Assembly (NCBI GenBank): GCA_039177155.1
Contig: JBCDFX010000001.1
Coordinates: forward strand, 1 to 44,043
Direction: 5' to 3'
Origin: Cyanobacteria bacterium P01_H01_bin.119
Lineage (GTDB): Bacteria; Cyanobacteriota; Cyanobacteriia; Phormidesmidales; Phormidesmidaceae
Length of the DNA stretch: 44,043 bases
The position numbers and the translations under genes are program-made. Under the pieces are notes generated by a model, which was not told where the DNA came from, did not search any database, and was given only the letters and a program-made list of their open reading frames with translations. Position 1 is the first letter of the stretch; each line of letters begins with the position of its first letter. This document shows positions 24,435 through 33,080 of the stretch, piece by piece.

Positions 24435-27388
24435 TGGGCCTGTCCAATTAAGGTAAAAGCGGCCCAGTTTTGAGGGGATGGATAAACCGCCATCGTCTGC
24501 AGCATCGCCTGACGCAGCGCCTGGGCTTGATCGGGGTTGGACTGTCGCTGACGGTAAAACTCACTCATAAGCGCAGCAGTGGGCGCATCGGGAATAGCCC
24601 ATAGGGAAACAACAAGGCTAGAAGCACCCGCCGCGATCCAGGCGCGGGATAAGCCAACTACTCCATCGCCAGTGATGCTACCTCGCCCCGTGTCGCAGGC
24701 ACTCAGGACAATCAGTTGAGCTTGAGTCGATAGGCTGAGAATCTCTCGGGTGGTGAGCAAGCCGTCCTCTGCGCCATCGGGCGTCAGCGCGATCGCCCCT
24801 GGAATATCCGCTGCCCCAGGCCCAAGCCCATAGTCCAGCAGTCCGTGGGTCGCTAGATGGATAATAGGAGCCGTGGTTATGTGATGCTTAACCGCAGATT
24901 CGGTGGCCTGCGCCCCAATTAGAGCGTCAGCGTTGAGCAGGGCAGCAATGTCTTGAGCCTCTGTTTCTGCTCCGGGTAAAGGCGCTAGGGACTCATTTTC
25001 CCCAAGCTGCGGCGACCAAAGGCTGGGCATCACTGGATTGCCAACAATTAACGGTGCGGTGCTACTGGGCGCGATCGCCTCGCGTCTCCGCCGGGTTAGG
25101 TCCATCACTTGAATCGACGGCGAGGTAATCAGGGTGTGATTTTCAATCAGATAGCGTCCTTCCGGACTTTTAAGCGCCGCAAAGGGCACCAAAAACAGCT
25201 CCTGGTGAGGCACAATCACCACATGGGCGGTGGGGTCGGTTGGCATCAAATCAGCAATAGGGGCAATCAAAATGTCATAGAGCGAGGCTAGAGCCGCGTC
25301 GTCAGCATTTTCCAGGCCACCGGCAGCTACCACGCCCACGCCCCGACGCGGACAGTTTCCTCGGTCGCTATCCGCTGCGCTCAGCGAGGCAGCGGGCTGA
25401 CTAAATGGCGGCAGCGTCACTCCACTGGTTTGACGAAATTCAACGATGCCATCGGGCTGCACAACCCAAATGTAGAGGGTGCAGGCATCTACCCAGGAGT
25501 ATTCCACTAGGGTGGCCTGATGCTGGGCTGCAATTCGTTGAATATCTGCTAACTGAATATCTGCTAAATGAGGCGCTTCTACAGGGCTAATCGTGTCCAA
25601 ATCCCCTAGCGCCAGTTCGCTTTGCTCTGAAGCGGGGAGCACCGCTACGCTGCCCAAACGAATCGTCAATAAATCGACTAGGGCACGAGTGCGGCTATTT
25701 TCAGAAATTTCCAGCGCTTTTTCGGGCTGGTTTTGGCGCACATAAAGCTGCTGGAGCGCCTGGTAGGTTTGAACCTGGGTATCGAATAGGCTAATTTTTG
25801 CCTCGTCGCTAAGGGAGCCAGAGCGGAGCTGGGTCAGCAGGGCGATCGCTTCTAGTAAATCTGCCTCTGCCGCCGGGAGATTATTTTGTCGCAGGCGGGC
25901 AATGCCCAAATTACTTAGGGTGGTCGCAGTGCCGCTGCGATCGCCAATGCCCTGGGCGATCTCTATGGCTGAGTTATAGGCTGCAATCGCCTCACCGTAG
26001 CGTCCCTGCTGACTGTAAACGTAGCCAATATTATTTAGGACTGTGCTTTCGCGATCTGGAATTTCCAGGGCTTGAAAAATTTCCAGGGCGTCTTTGTAGT
26101 GGGTTAGGGATTGCTCAAAATCCCCCAAATCGTCATAAACTGCGCCAATATTAATCTGCAGTGCGCCAAGCTTAGCGGGCATATCTAGGTCTTGGATAAT
26201 CGCTAGGCTTTGCTCATACTGGGCAAGGGCCTCGTCGTAGCGTCCCTGGCTGTAATAGGCTTGGCCTATATTGTTGTAGCTGGTGGCCATGCCCACAGTG
26301 TCATCTAGACGAATGCGGATCTCTAGCGCCTGCTGGTAGTACTCTAGCGCCTGCTGTAGCTGCCCCAAATCCAGGGCAAAACTCCCTAAGTTACTGAGCA
26401 CCACTGCTTCTCCAGCAGGGTCGCCGAGATCTTGCATAATCTCTAAGCTTTGTTGATAGCTCCCTAACGCCTCGCCATAATTGCCCTGGGCGCGGTGGTG
26501 CTCGGCAATATTATTAAGGGTGCTGGCCTCCCCGGCCCGATCGCCTAGCCCCTGCCGCAGGGTTAGGGCTTGGGCGTAAACGGCTGATGCGGCATCAAAA
26601 TCCCCCTGTTCGACATAGGCTGCGCCCAAGCTGTTGAGGGTGCTGGCTTCTCCAGGGCGATCGCCAATTCGCTGCTGAATGGCCAGCGCCTGCTGGTATA
26701 GCGCGATCGCATCGGTATAGGTGCCTCGGTTATAGTGAGCCACGCCCATGCTTTTCAGCGTGTCGGCTTCCCCACGAGGGCGATTGAGCCGCCGGTAGAG
26801 GACTAGGGCCTGGGCATAGGTCTCCAACGCCAGGTCAGTCTGGCCGCGAAAGTCGTAAATGCTGGCGATATTGTTAAGGGCTGTCGCCTCACCTTCCGGC
26901 TCTGAGGTGTCTTGAAAGATGCTTAGAGCTTGCTGGTAGTACTCTAGGGCAGCGGTTGAGTCGCCAAGACGCTGCTGAATCAGTCCAATTTGGTTGAGCG
27001 CTGTTCCCTCTCCCACGCGATCGCCTACTTCTTGGCTAATAGTCAACGCTTGGTTGAGGGCCGCGATCGCGTCATCATAGCGCCCCATACTGTCATAGGT
27101 TGAGCCAATCCAACTGTAGACAATGCCCTCGTAAAAGCGATCGCCGGCCTGTTGATATAGCTGTAGAGAGAGCTGAAGTCGCTGAAGCGCTAAGGGAAAA
27201 GCGCCTTGACGCAGCGCTTCAATGCCTTGGTGCAGGAGCTGGTGGGGATCGGTGCTGAGTTGAGTAAGGGAAAGGGGTTCGTTGGCGATCGCCGGAATGG
27301 ACAAAAAAGTGACCCAAAACAGAGGAGTCACCAAGCTCCACAGCAAGAGCCCGGCACGACCTGCAAATCGGTTGAAATAAGCATTCAT
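24431..27388 (-). CDS. TPR-repeat protein with a C-terminal CHAT (caspase-HetF-like) protease domain and an N-terminal signal/anchor
   Basis: 985 aa. It has an N-terminal hydrophobic segment ending AIA-NE, then about 12 TPR units of about 40 aa (GD..GEA..LNN[IL]G.[AV]Y...G.Y..A...Y.Q.L.I). The CHAT domain carries HLATHG and LSACDTG. Confidence 0.85.
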   Translation of the reverse strand: MNAYFNRFAGRAGLLLWSLVTPLFWVTFLSIPAIANEPLSLTQLSTDPHQLLHQGIEALRQGAFPLALQRLQLSLQLYQQAGDRFYEGIVYSWIGSTYDSMGRYDDAIAALNQALTISQEVGDRVGEGTALNQIGLIQQRLGDSTAALEYYQQALSIFQDTSEPEGEATALNNIASIYDFRGQTDLALETYAQALVLYRRLNRPRGEADTLKSMGVAHYNRGTYTDAIALYQQALAIQQRIGDRPGEASTLNSLGAAYVEQGDFDAASAVYAQALTLRQGLGDRAGEASTLNNIAEHHRAQGNYGEALGSYQQSLEIMQDLGDPAGEAVVLSNLGSFALDLGQLQQALEYYQQALEIRIRLDDTVGMATSYNNIGQAYYSQGRYDEALAQYEQSLAIIQDLDMPAKLGALQINIGAVYDDLGDFEQSLTHYKDALEIFQALEIPDRESTVLNNIGYVYSQQGRYGEAIAAYNSAIEIAQGIGDRSGTATTLSNLGIARLRQNNLPAAEADLLEAIALLTQLRSGSLSDEAKISLFDTQVQTYQALQQLYVRQNQPEKALEISENSRTRALVDLLTIRLGSVAVLPASEQSELALGDLDTISPVEAPHLADIQLADIQRIAAQHQATLVEYSWVDACTLYIWVVQPDGIVEFRQTSGVTLPPFSQPAASLSAADSDRGNCPRRGVGVVAAGGLENADDAALASLYDILIAPIADLMPTDPTAHVVIVPHQELFLVPFAALKSPEGRYLIENHTLITSPSIQVMDLTRRRREAIAPSSTAPLIVGNPVMPSLWSPQLGENESLAPLPGAETEAQDIAALLNADALIGAQATESAVKHHITTAPIIHLATHGLLDYGLGPGAADIPGAIALTPDGAEDGLLTTREILSLSTQAQLIVLSACDTGRGSITGDGVVGLSRAWIAAGASSLVVSLWAIPDAPTAALMSEFYRQRQSNPDQAQALRQAMLQTMAVYPSPQNWAAFTLIGQAH

Positions 27389-27424
27389 GGCTAGCGACCG
27401 ATGACTTCAGCAGCAGACCGCGAC

Positions 27425-27509
27425 AAGGGTTGATCTAGGCTGCAAGTCAGATTGATTTGAAAGACAACCCCTCCATCGATACTGGGTGGAGCGCGCAATC
27501 CGACCAAAG
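27425..27509 (+). repeat. Intergenic hairpin repeat, copy 6 (plus orientation), first of a tandem pair
   Basis: GGCTGCAAGTCAGATTGATTTGAAAGACAACCCCTCCATCGATACTGGGTGGAGCGCGCAATCCGACCAAAG. It starts about 40 nt from the CHAT gene ATG (27388). Confidence 0.7.
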
Positions 27510-27591
27510 TTACAGTTCCAACGTAAGAGCGACCTTGGGATTTTCGGAAGATCTGATGTTGAATATTCACATTGCCTTGCTCCAGCAATTT

Positions 27592-27681
27592 GCCGATAGG
27601 TCTGGGCAGGGTTGCAAGTTAAATTGCTTCTACGCCAGCCCCTCCAGCGATACCTGGTGCGACAAGCAATCTGATCAAAGG
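27592..27681 (+). repeat. Intergenic hairpin repeat, copy 7 (plus orientation), second of the tandem pair
   Basis: GCCGATAGGTCTGGGCAGGGTTGCAAGTTAAATTGCTTCTACGCCAGCCCCTCCAGCGATACCTGGTGCGACAAGCAATCTGATCAAAGG. It is preceded by a partial module, CTCCAGCAATTTG. Confidence 0.75.
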
Positions 27682-27791
27682 TATAGAGCGCGTCATTAGT
27701 TTTAGCCAGCTTTTTAGGGTAGGCTCAGTCCGCTCTCAGCTTGGCCCATTGAAATAAAGACAGTTTCAATCCATTCCATTAGGTTATTCCT

Positions 27792-28646
27792 ATGCGTTAT
27801 CGAGCCCTATATTTATCCCTACTGCCCGTCGCTGCCCTAATCACCGGATGCGTCGCCACGGCAAATTCTCCGCAATCCTCCCAAGAGAGCGTAGCTGAAA
27901 GCGCCAGCCCCAGCGAAGTTGCAGCCGTACCCGAAAGCTATGACACCTATACAGCAGTGCTCGAAACCTATGTGGATGAAAATGGCCTGGTCGACTATGA
28001 GCAGCTTCAGCGCGATCGCGAACCTCTAGATGCCTTCGTTGCCTCTTTGTCCGCTGTGAGTCCAGAAACCTTTGAGACCTGGAGCGAAGCCGAACAAATT
28101 GCCTATTGGGTCAATGCTTACAACGCCATTACCCTACAGTCCATCATTAACCAGGAGCCTATTCGCGCCAGTATCAGAGAGATTTTTGGCGTTTGGCGAA
28201 TCACGACTCACCCCGTGCTCGACCAAAACAAAACGTTAGACGAGATTGAGCACAGCACCCTACGGACTAACTACAACGAACCTCGCATTCATGCCGCTCT
28301 GGTCTGTGCCGCAATTAGCTGTCCCAAGCTGCGGATTGAACCTTTCCGCGGCGACGATTTAGATGCCCAGCTTGACGATCAGTCTCGCCAGTTTATTAAT
28401 AGCGCCAACGGTCTAGAGATTGACCGAGAGAATAATCGGGTACTGCTTTCTGCCATCTTTAACTGGTTTGGCCAGGACTGGATACCCACCTATGGCACCG
28501 ATGAGGGGTTTGCCGGCAGTGAAGCGGAACGGGCCGTGTTGAACTTTATTAGCGGCTATCTCAGCGAGGAGGATTCGGCATATCTGCAGGCAGGCGACTA
28601 TAGCGTTGGCTATTTAGACTACGACTGGTCTCTTAATGAGCAGTAG
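27792..28646 (+). CDS. DUF547 domain-containing lipoprotein
   Basis: 284 aa. It has a lipobox-like LITGC and DUF547-type motifs (QIAYWVNAYNAITLQSI and RIHAALVCAAISCPKL). Confidence 0.75.
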   Translation: MRYRALYLSLLPVAALITGCVATANSPQSSQESVAESASPSEVAAVPESYDTYTAVLETYVDENGLVDYEQLQRDREPLDAFVASLSAVSPETFETWSEAEQIAYWVNAYNAITLQSIINQEPIRASIREIFGVWRITTHPVLDQNKTLDEIEHSTLRTNYNEPRIHAALVCAAISCPKLRIEPFRGDDLDAQLDDQSRQFINSANGLEIDRENNRVLLSAIFNWFGQDWIPTYGTDEGFAGSEAERAVLNFISGYLSEEDSAYLQAGDYSVGYLDYDWSLNEQ

Positions 28647-28675
28647 TCAACTGATAACATGCCCTACAGCCGCAT

Positions 28676-29596
28676 TTAAAGTCGGTGGGCGGCAAATACC
28701 GCTGCCGCTGCCCGATGTAGCAAAGCATGGCGGGCCACCAGCTCGTTCATAGCGTCGCCGTAGCCACCGCCAATCACGCAGCCCACCGCATAGCCGGCTG
28801 CGGCACAGGTGTTTAACACGTAAAAATCGCGTTGATAGATGCCGTCGTTAGAGAGGGCCAGTTTGCCGAGGCGATCGCATTTATGAACATCCACCCCGGC
28901 GTCATAGAGCACTAAATCGGGCTTTACCTGCTGAAGCAGGCCAGGCAAGATCGTTTGCAGTTTGTAGAGATACGCTGAGTCTTCAGTTCCTTCCCTAAGC
29001 GCAATATCTAAATCGCTGCGCTGTTTTCGCAGGGGGAAATTGACGCCGCAGTGCATAGAAAAGGTAAACACGCTGGGATCGCTTTGAAAAATCCAGGCGG
29101 TGCCATCTCCCTGGTGGACATCCAAATCAATAATCAAAATTTGGTCAACAAGCCCCTGAGACTTGAGCACTCGGGCGGCGATCGCCAAATCATTGAAAAT
29201 ACAAAACCCCGAGCCGTAGTTGGGAAAGGCATGATGGGTTCCCCCAGCGGTATTGCAGGCGAGTCCTCGCTGCAGCGCCAGCTTAGCGGTCAAAATAGTA
29301 CCCCCTACTGCGGTGCAGGTGCGTTTAACCAAATTGGGGCTCCAGGGCAAACCAATCCGGCGCTGGGCTTTAGGATCTAGGGTGCCGTTGCAGTAGGCGC
29401 TGACATAGTCGGGGTCGTGCACCTGCTCAATCCAGGCGGTGGCCGGAGCACCGGGGTGATAAATATCGTTTGCGCCGACGACGCCCTCAGCCAGCAGCAA
29501 ATCTCGAATCAGGCCAAATTTTGCCATGGGAAAACGATGTTCCGGCGGCAGCGGCGACACGTAATCGGGATGAAAAACAATGGGAATAGGCACCAA
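28676..29596 (-). CDS. Histone deacetylase-family (arginase/deacetylase fold) protein
   Basis: 306 aa with GGTHHAFPNYGSGFCIFND and DLDVHQGDGT. Confidence 0.85.
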   Translation of the reverse strand: MVPIPIVFHPDYVSPLPPEHRFPMAKFGLIRDLLLAEGVVGANDIYHPGAPATAWIEQVHDPDYVSAYCNGTLDPKAQRRIGLPWSPNLVKRTCTAVGGTILTAKLALQRGLACNTAGGTHHAFPNYGSGFCIFNDLAIAARVLKSQGLVDQILIIDLDVHQGDGTAWIFQSDPSVFTFSMHCGVNFPLRKQRSDLDIALREGTEDSAYLYKLQTILPGLLQQVKPDLVLYDAGVDVHKCDRLGKLALSNDGIYQRDFYVLNTCAAAGYAVGCVIGGGYGDAMNELVARHALLHRAAAAVFAAHRL

Positions 29597-29615
29597 CGCG
29601 CAACCGAATATAGCA

Positions 29616-29706
29616 GCCGAAAGGACGATTAGGAGGAGGCTGCGAAGCAGATTGCTTTGATGTCAACCACTCCAGCAATACTGGGTGCGCTAAGCAATCT
29701 AACCAA
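29616..29706 (+). repeat. Intergenic hairpin repeat, copy 8 (plus orientation)
   Basis: GCCGAAAGGACG...GCTGCGAAGCAGATTGCTTTGATGTCAACCACTCCAGCAATACTGGGTGCGCTAAGCAATCTAACCAA. Confidence 0.75.
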
Positions 29707-29728
29707 CGCTCTAGCTCTTAGATAATCA

Positions 29729-30751
29729 TTACAGAAAAGACGAGAGCGATCGCCGCTGTCGCAAGTCCATATTGTGGGCAACGCTGCCCTCAGGCCAGTC
29801 CAAAGCATGGGTTTGCTGAGGGGACACGACCTGGGCAGCAACTTGAGCCGCAGCGGGATTTGGCTCAGGATCTGGGGACTGACGCTCAGCCGTTTGGCGG
29901 GCCAGAGTCTGATGGGCCAGAGTCTGATGGGCCGGAGCTTGATGGGCCGGAGCTTGATGGGCAGAAGTTTGATCTGCAGAAGTCTGATAAGTCGGGTCAG
30001 GGGCCGGCTCGCGATCGCTGTCATATAGGCTCTCAGCTAGATCAAGTTGAAAAGGCTTAAGCCGCTTGATCGCTGAGGAACTGGCGGCCCCTGGCTTAGC
30101 CGCAGTCGAAGAAGCCTCTATGGGGCTGGCGGGCTGAGTCACCGCTGGAGTTTGGCCATTTTTGCTACGGCTGGCAGAATTACGGCTGGCAGCATAGGGA
30201 CGACGGGGTCTTTGAAAATACCGAGACAGCAGCCAGCAACCGCCGCTGCAGCCAGCAACCAGCGCTAATATATTGCCGAAGCCTAGGCGAGCATCGACCT
30301 CAGGATGCAATGCCGTAGTCTGAACGTCGGTGTTATCCTCACGGGTGACCGAGCCTGTTTCGATCTGGGTTGCGGTTTGGGTTGGGGCAGCAGCGGGCGG
30401 CGGCGGTTGTACCTCCACGCCAGGGTCGAGTAAGCCTACGACGGCCCCCATAGATATCAGCACACAGACGCTCCAGAGCCCTCCTAGTAGCCACAGAGGG
30501 CGATCGCGCAGCAAATAATGCCAAAACGCTGGCTTTAAAGCCCGATTGGGCCCGGCAATAAACTGACCGCCTGAAAACAGCTTCTTGGGCAGCGCCTTAG
30601 TGCCGGATAAAGAGACCGCCTTGGGCGATTGAAAACTCGATGGCGCACCTTTTGAGCCAACTTTGGGCCGACGAAAAGGCGGCATCTGAGGTGATGGGCG
30701 ATGACTTGGAGCGTTAGGCATACACCTGAACCATAGGTCAGCTATCCGCAA
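29729..30751 (-). CDS. Hypothetical membrane protein, Pro/Ala-rich and low-complexity, with a pentapeptide tandem repeat
   Basis: 340 aa with two predicted TM helices (LWLLGGLWSVCVLISMGAVVGLL and ILALVAGCSGGCWLL). The start codon is uncertain. I recognise no family. Confidence 0.45.
   Translation of the reverse strand: MRIADLWFRCMPNAPSHRPSPQMPPFRRPKVGSKGAPSSFQSPKAVSLSGTKALPKKLFSGGQFIAGPNRALKPAFWHYLLRDRPLWLLGGLWSVCVLISMGAVVGLLDPGVEVQPPPPAAAPTQTATQIETGSVTREDNTDVQTTALHPEVDARLGFGNILALVAGCSGGCWLLSRYFQRPRRPYAASRNSASRSKNGQTPAVTQPASPIEASSTAAKPGAASSSAIKRLKPFQLDLAESLYDSDREPAPDPTYQTSADQTSAHQAPAHQAPAHQTLAHQTLARQTAERQSPDPEPNPAAAQVAAQVVSPQQTHALDWPEGSVAHNMDLRQRRSLSSFL
29899..29988. repeat. Six tandem 15-bp units inside the CDS (GGGCCAGAGTCTGAT x2, GGGCCGGAGCTTGAT x2, and 2 degenerate units)
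   Basis: Read directly from the sequence. On the minus strand it encodes ...SADQTSAHQAPAHQAPAHQTLAHQTLARQT.... Confidence 0.85.
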
Positions 30752-30788
30752 TTTTAGGCGGATGCGGCTAATAATGCTACAGATTCCC

Positions 30789-31763
30789 TTAACGCAGCCC
30801 TAACTCAGGAATATACTGCTGGGGATTCTGGGCCACCCAGCCCAGCTCTGAGTTAAGCCGGACTTCAAAGTACAGTGCAGCCTGGGGCTCGGTCGATGCA
30901 TCGCGGGTAGCGTCGTGATCGGCAGCAAGGTATCCCAGGATTGCGGTTTGGTTTACCCGCTGGCCCACCCGTACCAACAGCCGGTCTAGGTTAGCGTAGC
31001 GGGTTTGTAGCCCCTGGGCATGATTAATCACCACTAGGTTGCCCCCGGCCTCTTCTGGGGCCGAGCCAGCGTAGGCGACTGTCCCCTCTCCGACAGCTAA
31101 CACCGGAGACTCTGCGATCGCGGCCAGGGCCACACCACCGCTAAAAATAGGCCCTCCCCCGGCCGGATCGGGCTGCCAACCAAAGGGCAAAATAATTTGA
31201 GCCCGCTGGGACAGCGGATAGCCCTGGAGGGGATGGTTGGCGGGCACCGTTGGCTGTCCTGTAGCGTTAATACCGGGGAACCAATTGATGCCAGGCACAA
31301 AAATTGCCTCTGGTACTGCTGCCGCACAGCCATTGATTTCAAACAGTACATCGGCCCCAATACCGTAGGCTGCGGCTAGATCGCTCCAGGTTTGGCCACT
31401 GGGCACCTGCACCTGGATGCCGTTAAATGGGGGAATCGTTAGGCGATCACCCCTCTGTAGAGCGCGCTGCCTTAGCGCCGGATTAAAACCGATCAGCGTA
31501 GCCGGAATCAGTCGATATTGCTCGGCAATCCCATCTAGGGTTTCACCACTGGCAACGGTATGCTGCTGCAGCCGTGTTAGAGCAGGGGCTGGGCAAAGGT
31601 TACTTTGGGCCACCAGGGTTCGCTGAGCCAAATCATGCCGAGCTGGCCTCGTTGACTTCGTTTGGGCGGCAAGCCCTGGCAGCGATAGGACAGTCGCACT
31701 AGAGATGACAACAGCAGTCATTATTCTCGGCCATTTTTGATGGGCAAGCCGATAAAACTTCAT
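30789..31763 (-). CDS. NlpD-like protein: signal peptide, LysM domain and a degenerate LytM (M23) domain
   Basis: 324 aa. It has a LysM-like segment (HTVASGETLDGIAEQYRL...NP) and an M23 fold (GEGTVAYAG...VVINHAQGLQTRYANL...GQRVNQTAILGYL). The zinc-ligand motifs are not conserved: SGGVALAA replaces H.G.D, YANL replaces Y.HL, and ALYFEVR replaces HLHFE. Confidence 0.7.
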   Translation of the reverse strand: MKFYRLAHQKWPRIMTAVVISSATVLSLPGLAAQTKSTRPARHDLAQRTLVAQSNLCPAPALTRLQQHTVASGETLDGIAEQYRLIPATLIGFNPALRQRALQRGDRLTIPPFNGIQVQVPSGQTWSDLAAAYGIGADVLFEINGCAAAVPEAIFVPGINWFPGINATGQPTVPANHPLQGYPLSQRAQIILPFGWQPDPAGGGPIFSGGVALAAIAESPVLAVGEGTVAYAGSAPEEAGGNLVVINHAQGLQTRYANLDRLLVRVGQRVNQTAILGYLAADHDATRDASTEPQAALYFEVRLNSELGWVAQNPQQYIPELGLR

Positions 31764-31837
31764 TAATCCTCAACTGCCTCTAAACGCTCGCTATTCCTAC
31801 AGTAGCGACCTAACCAACAGCTCAAAGTTCCTGGGCG

Positions 31838-31938
31838 GCTCCAGCAATCTGCCGAACGGTTCAAGCTGGATTTCCAGTCAGATTACTTCTGCACCTATAA
31901 CTTCCGCGATACTTGGCCTGATGAGTAATTTGACCAAA
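31838..31938 (+). repeat. Intergenic hairpin repeat, copy 9 (plus orientation) with a compensated stem change
   Basis: CTCCAGCAATCTGCCGAACGGTTCAAGCTGGATTTCCAGTCAGATTACTTCTGCACCTATAACTTCCGCGATACTTGGCCTGATGAGTAATTTGACCAAA. The arms ATTACTT / GAGTAAT replace the usual ATTGCTT / AAGCAAT. Confidence 0.7.
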
Positions 31939-32120
31939 ACTACAGAGGAAGGAAGCCCTAGGTTTGGCAAAGTGAGCCTACGCTGATTCAGGAAATTCCA
32001 ATCGCAGCTCATTTGAGGTTTAGATCGGCCTTACAGTATTTTCAGCTCTCCCTTCCATAGTGGTTTATAGCGCTGGCCTACCCGCCAAATGCTACCGACA
32101 ATCACTTAGGAGTTGAAATC

Positions 32121-32453
32121 ATGAAACGATTAACCATTATTGCGCTGGCCTCACTGGGGCTCTCATCGGGGCTCTCACTGGGGCTAGCCCTATCCCCTGC
32201 TACAGCTAGGGCCAACGCAGCGACCGGGCATCAGCTTACCCCGGCTCAACTCGTCAATTTGGCCTATCGAGGAGAAATCGAGGGCATTCCGGGATACCAG
32301 CGGTTTGTCAACAACCGCTACCGGGCCTCGGAAGTAGTGGAGCTGGCGATCGCCGCCGGCAATATCCCGGCAGAAACTCTAGAGAATGAACGATACCTTA
32401 ACGCAGTCCGGTCCCAGCTACGGGGATTTCGCCCGCACCGCTTTAACGATTAG
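32121..32453 (+). CDS. Hypothetical small exported protein
   Basis: 110 aa with a signal peptide (LTIIALASLGLSSGLSLGLALSPATARA). I recognise no family. Confidence 0.5.
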   Translation: MKRLTIIALASLGLSSGLSLGLALSPATARANAATGHQLTPAQLVNLAYRGEIEGIPGYQRFVNNRYRASEVVELAIAAGNIPAETLENERYLNAVRSQLRGFRPHRFND

Positions 32454-32492
32454 TGTCAATCGTTTATTAATCGCTCCTTACAAGCCATCTGT

Positions 32493-33080
32493 CTAATCGC
32501 GCCGAGTGATTTCCTGGCAGATGGCTTTCATATTTTCTTTGACGCTGCCCTCAAAAATTTTGAAGAAGACGCCATCGAAGACGCCCATCCCAGCCTGAGC
32601 CGACACCTTTTGGGTCACTAAAACCTGCTCTGAGGCGTCGTTTTCTGAGTCGGCTGCGATCGCATCAATACGCCAAAAGCCTTCCATCTGCCGAAGGTCG
32701 CCTTCAATCATATGGAAATCAATTTGCTGGTCGTGGCGAATATTTTCGGTGCGAACGGTAGAGTTAATTTCCTGAAAAAAGACTTTGCGCTGATCTACCT
32801 GTTCAACAACGCTGCGATCGCCATTAGATTCCACTACTCGGCTACTGACCACCGTGGGCAAAAATTGGGCAAACCCAGAAAAATCATTTAGTACCGACCA
32901 CGCCGTTTCGGGGGCAGCAGAGACTAAACCGTGAATGGTGTACGTCCCCGACTGACCGGTGACGACGATTTGCCCCTGCTGTAAACGACGGCGATCGCGT
33001 TTAGAAAGCGAGGGCAAAGCCTCACTTAAAGGATGCTGGGAGAGTCGGAGATCTTGGACCTGGAGGGAAGTCATAAGCAA
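32493..33080 (-). CDS. SRPBCC (START/cyclase-dehydrase-like) family protein
   Basis: 195 aa. The motifs AWSVLNDFSGFAQFLP...W and the overall pattern are typical of polyketide-cyclase/SRPBCC-fold proteins. Confidence 0.6.
   Translation of the reverse strand: MLMTSLQVQDLRLSQHPLSEALPSLSKRDRRRLQQGQIVVTGQSGTYTIHGLVSAAPETAWSVLNDFSGFAQFLPTVVSSRVVESNGDRSVVEQVDQRKVFFQEINSTVRTENIRHDQQIDFHMIEGDLRQMEGFWRIDAIAADSENDASEQVLVTQKVSAQAGMGVFDGVFFKIFEGSVKENMKAICQEITRRD

Noticed and set aside
29899-29988. Considered whether the regular short repeats could be a CRISPR array
   Set aside because: The units are contiguous 15-mers with no spacers and lie in-frame within a CDS. No cas genes are present. It is not a CRISPR array.
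29629-30024. 131-aa ORF with the repeat IKLRPIKLRPIRLWPIRLW
   Set aside because: It is an alternative frame of the 15-bp tandem repeat inside the longer 29729-30751 ORF. At its downstream (low-coordinate) end it also runs across hairpin-repeat copy 8.
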